From contig CAVPSB010000002.1 of assembly GCA_963708025.1 (NCBI GenBank), positions 160,001 through 224,000 of the forward strand: a DNA stretch of 64,000 nucleotides, read 5' to 3'. This DNA comes from an uncultured Candidatus Rokubacteria bacterium. Lineage in GTDB: Bacteria > Methylomirabilota > Methylomirabilia > Rokubacteriales > DASRDR01. The first letter of the stretch is position 1. Each line of letters starts with the position of its first letter. Below are positions 1 through 11,865 of the stretch, piece after piece. The notes under the pieces are model-generated. The model worked only from the letters and a program-made list of their open reading frames with translations, was not told where the DNA came from and made no database searches. A program made the position numbers and the translations under genes.

Positions 1-67
1 GATCCCCTGGTTACTCGACGGATGCGCTCGCTCGGCCTCCAGTAGCCGATGTACGCGGTCTACGCGC

Positions 68-1057
68 TCAGGCTGCGGGGTCTCCCCGGACCCCAGGGCG
101 CGGGCGGCGGCGCGGGCGGCGGGGAGCGGGCCGGCGTCCGTCGAGGGCGGCCTGGACGCGGCTCTGCAGCGTCTCGTCGTGGGGAAACATCCGGAGTGCC
201 TCGACGGCGGCCTTGGAATCGTCCGCCTCTCCGCGGGCGACCAGCTCGAGCAGGCCGGCGAATGCCTCGTCGTGGCGCGACGTGGCCAGCGCGAGGACGA
301 TGGCGTGCCGGACGTCGGGCCGGCGCTCGACTGGCAGCCGCCCGCAGAGCGCGGCGATGGCCTCGCGCCGGCGGGCCTCCCCCAGCGCCATGGCCGCGGC
401 CCGGGCGACGTCAACGTCGCCCGCAGCCAGACGCTCGGCGACGAAGGGCGCCGCGTCGTCGGGAGAGAGCGTGAGCAATCCGACGAACGCCTCGCCGAGG
501 ACGTCGGGATCGGCGTCACCCCGGAGCGCGAACAACCGCAGGAGGAGGGCGACGTCGGGGCGACCGCTGGCGGCCAGCGCGCGAAGGCCCCCCGCCCGGG
601 CGGCCGGCTCGGGATCGACGAGCAGGCCGACGCAGGTGGTGAGCGCCGCGGGGTGCTCGGTCAACACCAGCGCCATGGCGCTGGTCGCCCGCAGCTCCGC
701 CGCCGTGTCAACCGGCGGGCCGAAGGCCGGCTCCCGCTGGACATGGGTGCCCCCGCGCAAGTAGACGTCGGGGGCGGGGTGGGTGAACGACAGCAGGGCG
801 TGGACGATCTCCGTCTTGGCCGCGCAGCCCGGATCGCGCTGGATCGGATCCTCGAGAAAGCGGGGAAACGCCGCGATCAGGGCGGGGGCCAGCGCGGTGA
901 GCTGGGCCTCCCGGGTGGCCCGGGCCGCCCGGGCGACCACGTGGTTGCTGCGGTGGGCGAGCGAGTCTCGGACCAGCGCGAGGGTCTGCCCGTCCTGAGG
1001 CCGGCGCGCCGCCTCGGCCAGCGCCTGCAGGGCCTCCCGCACCGGATCGCGCTTCAT
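68..1057 (-). CDS. HEAT/PBS-lyase-like repeat protein
   Basis: ORF 68..1252; likely start ATG at 1057 (MKRDPVREAL). Ala/Leu-rich helical repeats (e.g. VARAAAMALGE, VRHAIVLALA). Confidence 0.65.
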   Translation of the reverse strand: MKRDPVREALQALAEAARRPQDGQTLALVRDSLAHRSNHVVARAARATREAQLTALAPALIAAFPRFLEDPIQRDPGCAAKTEIVHALLSFTHPAPDVYLRGGTHVQREPAFGPPVDTAAELRATSAMALVLTEHPAALTTCVGLLVDPEPAARAGGLRALAASGRPDVALLLRLFALRGDADPDVLGEAFVGLLTLSPDDAAPFVAERLAAGDVDVARAAAMALGEARRREAIAALCGRLPVERRPDVRHAIVLALATSRHDEAFAGLLELVARGEADDSKAAVEALRMFPHDETLQSRVQAALDGRRPAPRRPRRRPRPGVRGDPAA

Positions 1058-1269
1058 GAACGAGGGAGAACCCGGCGGAGGCCGGCGAGCGCAGCACGGT
1101 CTTCTCGGCAACGAGGCCAGCCCGACGGCCCGGGCCTGAACCGGGCCTCCGCGCCCCTGACGGTGGTGCGCATGCGTGCACCCTAGCATGCGGCGCAACG
1201 CGATCGCGCCGCCAGGTCTTCGGCCCGCCGGGGTATGATAGCGGCACCCCACCTTGAGAGGAGTGACCC

Positions 1270-3354
<2,085 letters not shown>

Positions 3355-3468
3355 CCCCGCCGGGGGCGCCGGCCGGGCCCCCGGGCGCCGCCTGACCGGT
3401 GCGACGACCACCCGGGTAGAACCCCCGTCAGGGTGTTGTAACTCATGGGCGCCGGGTCCGGTCGGACT

Positions 3469-3489
3469 CTGTCAGGGTTTTCCTGACAG
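3469..3489. promoter_or_regulatory. Perfect 8-bp inverted repeat CTGTCAGG-N5-CCTGACAG, a candidate transcription-factor site
   Basis: Seen directly; a related half-site CCGTCAGGGT lies at ~3425. Confidence 0.4.
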
Positions 3490-3535
3490 CGGACGGCGCG
3501 GTAGACTCACGGCCTGAAGCGATCCCGGCGGGTTC

Positions 3536-3796
3536 GTGTTCGATCAGGAGATGATGGTCGCGGCCCGGATCCTCGGCCTGCGCATCGTTGACCTGCCGAT
3601 TCCCACGCGATACGCCGGGGAGGTGTCGCACCTCAGGCCGATTCCGTACGGCATCGCGGTGCTCAGGCTGATGGCCCGGTACCTGCGGGGCGACTATCAC
3701 CGGCTGATCGCCGGCCAGGGTCCGGCCGCGACAGGACCCGCGCCCTCACCCGGCTTCGTGACTGATCAGGCTAGGACAGGCTGTCGCCGTAGGTGA
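3536..3796 (+). pseudogene. C-terminal remnant of a GT2 (DPM1-like) glycosyltransferase
   Basis: FDQEMMVAARILGLRIVDLPIPTRY resembles the GT2 C-terminal FDxE...EVPI.Y motif; no N-terminal catalytic domain upstream. Confidence 0.6.
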
Positions 3797-4601
3797 CGAC
3801 GCCCATTCCGGTCACCCAGGGCGCGATGGGCTCGTAGGCCAGGACGCGGGCGGCCTTCCCGGGCACGGCGCCGGCGACGGTGAGCCAGCTCCGGATCTCG
3901 TGGGCGCCGTTGCCGGCGCGCTCCAGCTCGGCGTCGCTGAGGGCCAGCACCTCCTCGACGCGTCCCGCGGCCAGCCGGTCGAGGAACCAGCGGTCGAAGT
4001 CGGCGTCGATCCGGCCCATGCCCGGCATGCCGACCCAGTGGGACAGGCCCCCGGCGCCGATCAGGGCGATGCGGGCGGGGCTCGGCCACGCCTCGATGGC
4101 GCGGCGGAGCGCGCCGCCGAGCCGGTAGCAGCGGCCGAGCGACGGCATGGGCGCCACCCCGCAGTTCTGGACGATGGGCACCACCGGGACCCGCCAGCCG
4201 GGGCTCAGGAAATGGAGCACGGTCATGATGCCGTGGTCGAGGCACAGGTCCTCGGAGAAGGCCGGGTCGAACTCCTCGGCGTACGCCCGCTCGACCAGCC
4301 AGCGGCCCAGCGCCGGGTGGCCGGGGAGCCGGCCGCGGGGGATCCGGATCCAGTCCTCGGCGGGGCCCACGTGCTGCTCGCCGACGCCGATGCAGAAGGG
4401 CGGGAAGTTGTCGAGGAAGAAGTTGGTGAAATGCTCGTTGGAGCAGATGATCAGGGCGTCGGGCCGGGCGCGCTCGAGCTCCTGCCGGAGCGCGGCCATG
4501 CCGGCGTAGACCCGCTCCCGCTGGCCGGGGTCGGCGCTCTCGGGGGCGGCGGTGATCAGGGGCGCGTGGGAGGCCGCGACCGCCGCGACCAGCTCAGCCA
4601 C
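3771..4601 (-). CDS. Class III extradiol ring-cleavage dioxygenase, LigB/DesB-like large subunit
   Basis: Motifs SHAP, NEHFTNF, LDHG, GGLSHW, HEIRSW. Confidence 0.9.
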   Translation of the reverse strand: MAELVAAVAASHAPLITAAPESADPGQRERVYAGMAALRQELERARPDALIICSNEHFTNFFLDNFPPFCIGVGEQHVGPAEDWIRIPRGRLPGHPALGRWLVERAYAEEFDPAFSEDLCLDHGIMTVLHFLSPGWRVPVVPIVQNCGVAPMPSLGRCYRLGGALRRAIEAWPSPARIALIGAGGLSHWVGMPGMGRIDADFDRWFLDRLAAGRVEEVLALSDAELERAGNGAHEIRSWLTVAGAVPGKAARVLAYEPIAPWVTGMGVVTYGDSLS

Positions 4602-4863
4602 GGCCGGCCTCCCGCTCCAGCTCGGCCAGCGCGGCCCGGTAGCGCTCGCGCGGCACGTGGGCCCGGCAGTAGCCGTTGAGGAGCACGGGGTGGACGCCCA
4701 GCCGGTAGAGCGCGGCCACGTCGCCCTCGAGGATCGCCCGCAGCTCCGCCTCGCTCAGCTCGTAGCGGGCCCGGAGCTCGTTGGGGTCGAGCGCCGGGGC
4801 GCCGGGCCGGCCCCGCGGGTTGAGGTAGTCGTAGATGGCGCGCTGGAGAGCGTAGGCGCTCAC
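4594..4863 (-). CDS. LigA-like small subunit of the ring-cleavage dioxygenase
   Basis: 89 aa with YELSEAELRAILEGDVAALYRLGVHP; overlaps the start of the LigB-like gene. Confidence 0.8.
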   Translation of the reverse strand: MSAYALQRAIYDYLNPRGRPGAPALDPNELRARYELSEAELRAILEGDVAALYRLGVHPVLLNGYCRAHVPRERYRAALAELEREAGRG

Positions 4864-4898
4864 GGGGCCGGCCTATCCCCGGCCGGAACCGTACGGCG

Positions 4899-4952
4899 TT
4901 GACAGACCGCTACTCACGCGCTTAATTAGAGCGGTCGGACCGGCAGTGTCAA
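4899..4952. promoter_or_regulatory. Bidirectional sigma70-type promoter: TTGACA-N18-TAATTA-N18-TGTCAA
   Basis: TTGACA at 4899-4904, palindromic TAATTA at 4923-4928, TGTCAA at 4947-4952, between divergent ligA-like and ABC genes. Confidence 0.6.
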
Positions 4953-5011
4953 GCCTCTTCTGCTGCGGCCATTCACCACGTCCCGGACGGAAGTCCAGGG
5001 AGGAGGACGCG

Positions 5012-6217
5012 ATGCGACGACGGGGGGGTTTCGCGGCTGTCATCGTCCTGCTGCTCGCGGTCGGGCTCGGCGCCTGGCCGGCGGTGGCGGCCGCCCAGAC
5101 CATCAAGGTCGGGGCGGTGGTGCCGCTGACCGGGCGGTACGCGGCGCTGGGGGCCCAGGTGCGGCCCGGCTACGAGATCGCGATCGAGGACATCAACAAG
5201 GACGGCGGGGTGACCGTCGCCGGCAAGAAGATGCCGATCGAGCTGATCTTGCTGGACGACGAGTCCGACGCGACCAAGACCGTCGCCCGCCTCGAGACGC
5301 TGGCTGCGCAAGGCGTCGTGGCCTACCTGGGGGGGGCCGGCTCCGATCTCCACGCGGCGGCCGCCTCGGTGGCCGAGAAGAACAAGGTCCCCTATCTCGG
5401 GATCGCCTTCGCCCTCAACAAGATCCACCAGCAGGGCTTCCGCTATCTCTTCTCGCCGTTCTGGAAGTCCCCCGACATCGGCCAGCAGCTCGCCCCGCTC
5501 CTCTCCTCGATCCCCGCCGCCGAGCGGCCGAAGCGGGCGGCCATCTTCCAGGAGAAGACGGACTGGGGCCGGGAGATGGCCGCCGCCTATGCCGACGCCG
5601 GCAAGGCGGCGGGCTTCGAGGTGGTGGTGCAGGGCGAGTACGCGCCGGGCGCCAAGGACTACTCGGACCTGATCCTCAAGGCCAAGGCGGCTCAGGTCGA
5701 CTCGGTCTATGGCCTCCCGACACCGCCCGACGGGATGGCGATGATCAAGCAGATGAAGGAGCTGGACTTCAACCCGAAGCTGGCGCTCCTGATCCGGGCG
5801 CCGGACGGTCCGGTGTGGGTCCAGAACCTGGGCAAGGACGGCGACTACGTGATGCTGGCGCCGGGCTGGCACAACGGGGTGAAGTACCCCGGGGTCGCCG
5901 AGCTCAACGCCGCGTACACCAAGCGCGTGGGCCGGCCGGCCGACCCCCTGACCGGCCCGAGCTACGCCTGCGTGCAGATCCTGGCGGCGGCCCTCACCAA
6001 GGCCGGCGCCGCCGACCGGGAGAAGGTGCGCGACGCCATCGCCGCCACCGACCTGACCGGCACGGTGATCGGGCCGGTCAAGTTCCGGCCGGACGGGACC
6101 GGGATCGTCCAGTCGGTCTTCATCCAGTGGCAGAACGGCAAGCAGGAGCTGGTCTGGCCCAAGGAGTTCGCGACGAAGCCGCTGGCCTACCCAGCACCAC
6201 CGTTCTCCAAGCGCTAG
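5012..6217 (+). CDS. Branched-chain amino acid-type ABC transporter substrate-binding protein
   Basis: Signal peptide, IKVGAVVPLTGRYA, LDDESD; RBS GGAGGAGG before ATG 5012. Confidence 0.9.
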   Translation: MRRRGGFAAVIVLLLAVGLGAWPAVAAAQTIKVGAVVPLTGRYAALGAQVRPGYEIAIEDINKDGGVTVAGKKMPIELILLDDESDATKTVARLETLAAQGVVAYLGGAGSDLHAAAASVAEKNKVPYLGIAFALNKIHQQGFRYLFSPFWKSPDIGQQLAPLLSSIPAAERPKRAAIFQEKTDWGREMAAAYADAGKAAGFEVVVQGEYAPGAKDYSDLILKAKAAQVDSVYGLPTPPDGMAMIKQMKELDFNPKLALLIRAPDGPVWVQNLGKDGDYVMLAPGWHNGVKYPGVAELNAAYTKRVGRPADPLTGPSYACVQILAAALTKAGAADREKVRDAIAATDLTGTVIGPVKFRPDGTGIVQSVFIQWQNGKQELVWPKEFATKPLAYPAPPFSKR

Positions 6218-6219
6218 AG

Positions 6220-6400
6220 CCTCGGGGGCGGTCTCGGAAGGCCTCGGCCTGCGGATGTCGCCGCCGCGTACTCGGAGGCCGCGGCGAAGCCGCGGCTCGG
6301 AGCGGCACGCCAGGGCCGCGAGCCTCGAGCCGCCCGGGAGGTTGCGCGCAGCCGATGGGCGGCGGAGCTAAGCACCAGGGTCTGCCGAGACCCCCCGAGA
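6220..6400. repeat. Intergenic REP-like composite palindromic element
   Basis: Bounded by GGGGGCGGTCTCGGAAGGCCTC (6224) and GGGTCTGCCGAGACCCCCC (6378), variants of the GGGGGTCTCGGAAGACCCCC hairpin family. Confidence 0.55.
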
Positions 6401-6437
6401 CCAGGAGCCGAGGGATTGCGAGAAGCTACGGGGACCG

Positions 6438-7208
6438 TTGCTGACGGGCGCTGAGCCGCCGCCGCTCCTCAGCCTGGAAGGCGTTTCCAAGGCCTTCGCT
6501 GGGGTCCGGGCGGTCTGGGACGTCAGCCTCGAGGTGCCGGCCGGGGCCGTCCTCGGCGTGATGGGGCCGAACGGCTCCGGCAAGACCACCCTCTTCAACC
6601 TGATCAGCGGCGCCATCCGGCCCGACCGGGGCCGGATCCGCATCCGGGGCGCGGAGATCACCGGCCTCCCGCCGCACCGGGTGTGCGCCCACGGGATCGC
6701 CCGGACGTTCCAGCACGTCCGTCCCTTTCCCGGCCTCTCGGCGCTCGACAACGTTCTCGTCGGGCAGCTGTACGGCCGCCGGCGGGGGCGCGACGCCGCG
6801 GCGGGCGAGGCCGAGCGCCTCCTGGCCCTGGTGGGGCTGGCCGGCAAGGCCGACGTCCCGTGCGCGCGGCTGAGCCTGCTGGAGCGGCGGCGCCTCGAGC
6901 TGGCCCGAGCCCTCGCCACCGGCCCCGAGCTCCTCCTGCTCGACGAGTTCATGGCCGGCCTGACCCCGAGCGAGACCGCGGAGGCGATGGCCGTGATCCG
7001 GCGGGTCCACGACGCGGGCGTGACCCTCGTGATCGTGGAGCACATCGTCTGGGCGCTCCTCGACCTCTCGGACCGCATCCTCGTGCTGAGCGCCGGCGAG
7101 AAGATCGCCGACGGGCCGCCGGCCGCCGTGGCGGCCGACCCGGCGGTCGTGGACGCGTATCTCGGCAGCTGGGGCAGCTCGGAGAGCGGACCGCGTGCTC
7201 GAGGTTGA
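6438..7208 (+). CDS. livG: Branched-chain amino acid ABC transporter ATP-binding protein
   Basis: GPNGSGKTT, ARTFQ, LLLDE. Confidence 0.9.
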   Translation: MLTGAEPPPLLSLEGVSKAFAGVRAVWDVSLEVPAGAVLGVMGPNGSGKTTLFNLISGAIRPDRGRIRIRGAEITGLPPHRVCAHGIARTFQHVRPFPGLSALDNVLVGQLYGRRRGRDAAAGEAERLLALVGLAGKADVPCARLSLLERRRLELARALATGPELLLLDEFMAGLTPSETAEAMAVIRRVHDAGVTLVIVEHIVWALLDLSDRILVLSAGEKIADGPPAAVAADPAVVDAYLGSWGSSESGPRARG

Positions 7209-7914
7209 AGGGCTCGACGTGACCTATGGCGAGCTACGCGCCCTCTCCGGCGTCTCGGTCCGCGTCGGCCCCGGCGAGATCGTCGCCCTCGTCGGCTCGA
7301 ACGGCGCCGGCAAGACGACCCTCCTCCGCGCGATCGCGGGGCTGGTGCGCCCGCGGGCCGGCCGGACCCGGTGGGAGGGCGACGACGTCACGGGCCGGAT
7401 GGCCCACTGGCTGGTCGAGCGGGGCATCGCGATGGTGCCCGAGGGCCGGCGGCTCTTCGGGCGGATGACCGTGGAGGAGAACCTCGGGCTCGGCGCCTTC
7501 ACGGCCCGCGCCCGGGCGGAGCGCGAGGCGACCCTGGAGGCGGTGTACGGCACGTTCCCGCGCCTCCGGGAGCGGCACCGGCAGCGCGCCGGCTCGCTCT
7601 CGGGCGGCGAGCAGCAGATGGTGGCGATCGGTCGCGCGCTCATGACCCGGCCGCGACTCCTGATGCTGGACGAGCCCTCGCTCGGCCTGGCCCCCCGGAT
7701 GGTCGAGGCGATCTTCGGCGTGTTCGGCGAGATCAACCGCGCCGGCGTCGCGGTCTTCCTGGTGGAGCAGAACGTCCGGGCGGCGCTGGCCCTCGCCCAC
7801 CGCGCCTACCTCCTCGAGCACGGCCGGATCGTGGGCGAAGGGCCGGCGGCGGCGCTCCTCGACGATCCCCAGGTGCGCCGGGCGTACCTGGGGCCCCTCG
7901 CGGTGGCCCGGTGA
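7195..7914 (+). CDS. livF: Branched-chain amino acid ABC transporter ATP-binding protein
   Basis: GSNGAGKTT, VPEGRRLF, LSGGEQQM, LDEPSLGLAP, VEQN. Confidence 0.92.
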   Translation: MLEVEGLDVTYGELRALSGVSVRVGPGEIVALVGSNGAGKTTLLRAIAGLVRPRAGRTRWEGDDVTGRMAHWLVERGIAMVPEGRRLFGRMTVEENLGLGAFTARARAEREATLEAVYGTFPRLRERHRQRAGSLSGGEQQMVAIGRALMTRPRLLMLDEPSLGLAPRMVEAIFGVFGEINRAGVAVFLVEQNVRAALALAHRAYLLEHGRIVGEGPAAALLDDPQVRRAYLGPLAVAR

Positions 7915-8783
7915 GGATCCTCCTCCAGCAGCTCATCCTCGGGCTCCTGCTGGGCGGCCTCTACGGCCTGGCGGCCGCCGGACTGTCCCTGATCTTCGGC
8001 GTCCTGAAGGTCCTCAACGTCGCCCACGGCGAGCTGATCATGCTCGGCGGCTACGCGGCCTACTGGCTGGCGGCCGGCCTGGGGTTCGACCCGTTCGTCG
8101 CCCTCCTGGGCGTGATCCCGATGATGGCCGCCCTCGGCCTCGCGCTCTATGCGGGTCTCTTCGCGTTCGTGGTCCGCTTCGACGAGGAGACGCGGATCAA
8201 GAACTCGCTGCTGGTCGGCTTCGGGCTGGCGCTGGCGCTGCACGCTCTCGCCGTCCGGCTCTGGACCGCCGACGAGCGCGCGATCCCGACCACCTACGGG
8301 GGCCAGCCGATCGTGGTGGGCGGGCTCGTCATCCCGCTGGCCCGCCTGGCCAGCGTGGCGATTGCCCTCCTGCTGATCGGGCTCACGCACCTGTTCCTCG
8401 TCCGGACGCGCTGGGGTCACGCCATCCGGGCGGCGGCCGAGGACTGGGAGGCGGCGTGTCTGCAGGGGATCGACGTGCGCCGCGCGTACCTGCTGGCGTT
8501 CGCGCTGGGGACGGCCCTGGCCGGCGCCGCCGGCTGTCTGGTCGCGGTGGGCTACTCGATCAGCCCCGCCATCGGGTTCGAGTGGACCTTCAAGGCTCTC
8601 ATCGTGGTCGTGCTGGCCGGGCTCGGCTCCCTGTTCGGGACCTTCGTGGGGGGCCTCGTCCTCGGCGTGGCGGAGGCGGCCAGCGCGATGACGTTCGGCG
8701 GGCCGTACCGCGAGGTCGTGGGGCTCCTGCTCTTCTTCTGCGTGCTGATAGCCCGGCCGCAGGGCCTCTTCAACCGTGGATGA
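7911..8783 (+). CDS. livH: Branched-chain amino acid ABC transporter permease
   Basis: GTG start overlaps the livF stop; GLSLIFGVLKVLNVAHGE, ARPQGLF. Confidence 0.9.
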   Translation: MRILLQQLILGLLLGGLYGLAAAGLSLIFGVLKVLNVAHGELIMLGGYAAYWLAAGLGFDPFVALLGVIPMMAALGLALYAGLFAFVVRFDEETRIKNSLLVGFGLALALHALAVRLWTADERAIPTTYGGQPIVVGGLVIPLARLASVAIALLLIGLTHLFLVRTRWGHAIRAAAEDWEAACLQGIDVRRAYLLAFALGTALAGAAGCLVAVGYSISPAIGFEWTFKALIVVVLAGLGSLFGTFVGGLVLGVAEAASAMTFGGPYREVVGLLLFFCVLIARPQGLFNRG

Positions 8784-8850
8784 ACGGCCCGGGGCGGGGC
8801 CCGGGGCCGTGCCGGGCCGGCGCTGCGGTGTCTGACCGCAGGCGGGGAGA

Positions 8851-9807
8851 GTGAGGGCGAGGCGGAGGGTCGATCTGCGGGCGCCGGCTGCCACCGTGGT
8901 CGGGCTGGCCGCCCTGGGCGTGGTGCCGCTCCTCGTCCGGCGGGAGGACGTGCTGAACGTCGGGGTCGTCTTCCTCCTCTCGGTGGCGCTCGCCCAGAGC
9001 TGGAACATCGTGGCGGGGCTCGCCGGCCAGGTCAACCTCGGTCACGCCGCCTTCTTCGGCCTGGGCGCCCTCGTCGCCCGCACCCTGTGGGTGGCGGGGA
9101 CGCCCATCGCGCTCGCGATGGCGGCCGGGGCGGCGGTGGCGATCGCGGCCGGCGTCGCGGTCGGGCTGGTGGCCTTCCGGCTGCGCGGCGCCTACTTCGC
9201 GATCGGCACCCTGGCCCTGGCCGAGATCCTCCGCGTGAGCGTCGGCAACGTGCTGCCCGAGATCTCGACGCTGCCGGCGGCGACGATCGCCGGCTACCGG
9301 CTGACCGCCCGCTACTACGTGGCGCTGGCCCTCGCGCTCGGCTCGGTCCTGGTGGTGACGGCGCTCGTCGCCTCGCGGCTCGGCCTCGGCATGCAGGCCG
9401 TGCGCGAGGACGAGGCGGCGGCCGAGGCCTCCGGGGTCGGCGCGCTCGCGGTGAAGCTCCGCGCCGTCGCCCTCTCCACCGGGCTGGCCGGGCTGGCCGG
9501 CGGGGTCTTCGCCTACTACCACATCAGCTACTACCCCCAGCACGCCTTCAACCCGGCGTGGACGTTCGACGCGCTGCTGATCACCTTCATCGGCGGCGTG
9601 GGGACGGTCCACGGGCCCGTGCTCGGCGCCCTCTTCTACGTGCTGGTGAAGGAGTACCTGGCGGTGCGCTGGGTCGATTTCCACCTGCTCATCTTCGGCC
9701 TGCTCTTCATCGCCATCGTCCTGCTCCTGCCCGGCGGGATCGTGGAGGCCGCCGCCCGCCTGCGCCGGCTGAGACGGCCGGTCGCCTCCGCCGGGCCTCT
9801 GCCTTGA
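8851..9807 (+). CDS. livM: Branched-chain amino acid ABC transporter permease
   Basis: SWNIVAGLAGQVNLGHAAFFG, LRGAYFAIGT, LPGGIV. Confidence 0.9.
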   Translation: MRARRRVDLRAPAATVVGLAALGVVPLLVRREDVLNVGVVFLLSVALAQSWNIVAGLAGQVNLGHAAFFGLGALVARTLWVAGTPIALAMAAGAAVAIAAGVAVGLVAFRLRGAYFAIGTLALAEILRVSVGNVLPEISTLPAATIAGYRLTARYYVALALALGSVLVVTALVASRLGLGMQAVREDEAAAEASGVGALAVKLRAVALSTGLAGLAGGVFAYYHISYYPQHAFNPAWTFDALLITFIGGVGTVHGPVLGALFYVLVKEYLAVRWVDFHLLIFGLLFIAIVLLLPGGIVEAAARLRRLRRPVASAGPLP

Positions 9808-9934
9808 CGCACCATCGCGAGGTCCACGTTCGGAACGGATGGTGAGCGGACCACGGGCGAGGCCGCCCGGTCCGTGGGGAGTATGGTAGGGTAAGGTTTC
9901 CATCGAGAAAAGGACCGTGGCCACGGAGGCGCGC

Positions 9935-10933
9935 ATGCGAGGGATGACGGCCGTCCTCGTCGGATTGCTCGCGCTGCTGGCGTCGATCGGCGCCGGCGCC
10001 CAGACCCCGGCGACGCTGCAGGTGATCGTGTTCCCCGGTGGCTTCAACTGGCCCATCTGGGCGGCCCAGGAGAAGGGCCTCTTCGCCCGCGAGGGGCTCG
10101 ACGTCAAGCTCACGCCGACGCCCTCGTCCGTCTTCCAGCTCCAGAACCTGATCGAGGGCAAGTTCGACATCGGGAGCACCGCCTTCGACAACGTGGTGGC
10201 CTACCAGGAAGGCCAGGGCGAGGCCCCGGTGTCGGGGACGCCCGACCTCTTCGCCTTCATGGGCGGGGACAACGGCTTCCTCCGGCTCGTGGTCGTGCCC
10301 GAGGTGAAGAGCTACGCCGACCTCCGGGGCCGGGAGCTCTCGGTCGACGCGCTCACCACCGGGTACTCCTTCGTGCTCCAGAGGATGCTCCAGGCGGGCG
10401 GTCTGCAACAGGGCGACTACGCCCTGGTCCGCGCCGGCGGCGTCCTGCAGCGCTGGGAGGCGCTCCGCGAGAAGAAGCACGCGGGGACGATGCTGATCAC
10501 GCCGTTCGAGGTCATGGCCGAGGCGGCCGGGTTCCACCGGCTCGGCAACGCCGTGGACGTCCTGGGCCGCTACCAGGGCCTGGTGGGCGCGGCGCGCCGG
10601 TCGTGGGCGCGGGACAACCCGGACCGGCTGGTCGGCTACATCCGCGCCTATCGGGCGGCCCTGGCCTGGCTCTACGACCCCGCCAACCGGGCCGAGGCGC
10701 TCCAGATCTTGCAGAAGAACGTGCGCGGGATGACGCCCGAGCTGGCGGGCAAGACCCACGAGGTCCTGCTGGCGCCCGCCGGCGGGTTCGAGCGGAGCGC
10801 CGCGCTCGACCTGGAGGGGGCGCGCACTGTCCTCAAGCTGCGGAGCGAGTACGGGCAGCCCCGGAAGGAGCTGACCGACCCGACCCGCTACGTCGACCTC
10901 TCGTACTACGAGCGAGCATCCAGGCCTCGTTGA
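9935..10933 (+). CDS. NMT1/THI5 (SsuA/TauA-like) ABC substrate-binding protein
   Basis: Signal peptide; WPIWAAQEKGLFAREGLDV, VKSYADLRG. Confidence 0.85.
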   Translation: MRGMTAVLVGLLALLASIGAGAQTPATLQVIVFPGGFNWPIWAAQEKGLFAREGLDVKLTPTPSSVFQLQNLIEGKFDIGSTAFDNVVAYQEGQGEAPVSGTPDLFAFMGGDNGFLRLVVVPEVKSYADLRGRELSVDALTTGYSFVLQRMLQAGGLQQGDYALVRAGGVLQRWEALREKKHAGTMLITPFEVMAEAAGFHRLGNAVDVLGRYQGLVGAARRSWARDNPDRLVGYIRAYRAALAWLYDPANRAEALQILQKNVRGMTPELAGKTHEVLLAPAGGFERSAALDLEGARTVLKLRSEYGQPRKELTDPTRYVDLSYYERASRPR

Positions 10934-10951
10934 GCCAGTAGGAGGACCATC

Positions 10952-11864
10952 ATGCCAGTCCGAGCCCTGCTCCATTACGCGCTCGAGATTCCCGATCAGA
11001 CCGTCGGCGAGACCTTCTACCGGACGTTCGGGCTCGTCGGCGAGTCCGCGCGGGACGACGCGGTGCACCTCCGCCCCGCCTCGCTCGGAGCGGGAGTGCA
11101 CCCTCCTCTACCCGGGCCCGCGCAAGCGCCTCCATCACCTCGCCTTCGGCGCCCCCGGGGACGAGTTCGCGGCGGTGCGGGAGTCGATCCGCCGGGCCGG
11201 CGTCCGCGAGGTCGATCCGCCCCGGGGCGCGCCGGAGGGGGGCGTGTGGATCCGCGACCCGGACGGCAACCTCGTGAACGTCCGCCCGGAGGGGGGCCAG
11301 GAGCCGCCGGCCGACCCGCCGCTGGCCGTCAACACCCCGGGGCACATCCTGCGCGAGGTGGTGCGCGGCTACCCTGATCGGGGCCTCCAGCCGGCGCCCC
11401 GCAAGCTCGGCCACGTGCTCTTCTTCACCCCGGACGTGGACCGCCAGATCGACTTCTACATGCGCGTCCTCGGCCTCAAGCTCTCCGACCGGGTGAAGAG
11501 CCTCATCGCGTTCCTCCGCTGCACCACCGATCACCACAACCTGGCATTCCTCACATCGAAGGGGCCGGGGTTCCACCACGCCTCGTTCCAGGTCGGCTCG
11601 GTGGACGAGATCGCGCTCGGCGCCGGCCGGATGCGGGACGCCGGCTGGCAGATGGGGTGGGGCCTGGGCCGCCACGTGATCGGGTCGAACTACTTCTACT
11701 ACACGCGCGACCCCTGGGGCAGCTTCGCCGAGTACTACCACGACCTCGACTTCATCCCCGAGCAGTGCGCCTGGACCCCGCGCGACTTCCCGGAGGAGGA
11801 CTCGCTCTACGTCTGGGGCCCGCCGCTGCCCCCGGAGTTCGTCGAGAACACCGAGCTGACCTGA
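10952..11864 (+). CDS. Two-domain VOC/glyoxalase protein (catechol 2,3-dioxygenase-like), frameshift near 11095
   Basis: N-part LLHYALEIPD in one frame; C-part KLGHVLF, DHHNLA, FHHASF, GLGRH, YTRDPWG..AEY in another. Confidence 0.8.
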
Positions 11865-11865
11865 G

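Noticed and set aside
1-66. Possible partial family C element at the window start
   Set aside because: Truncated and too divergent to assign.
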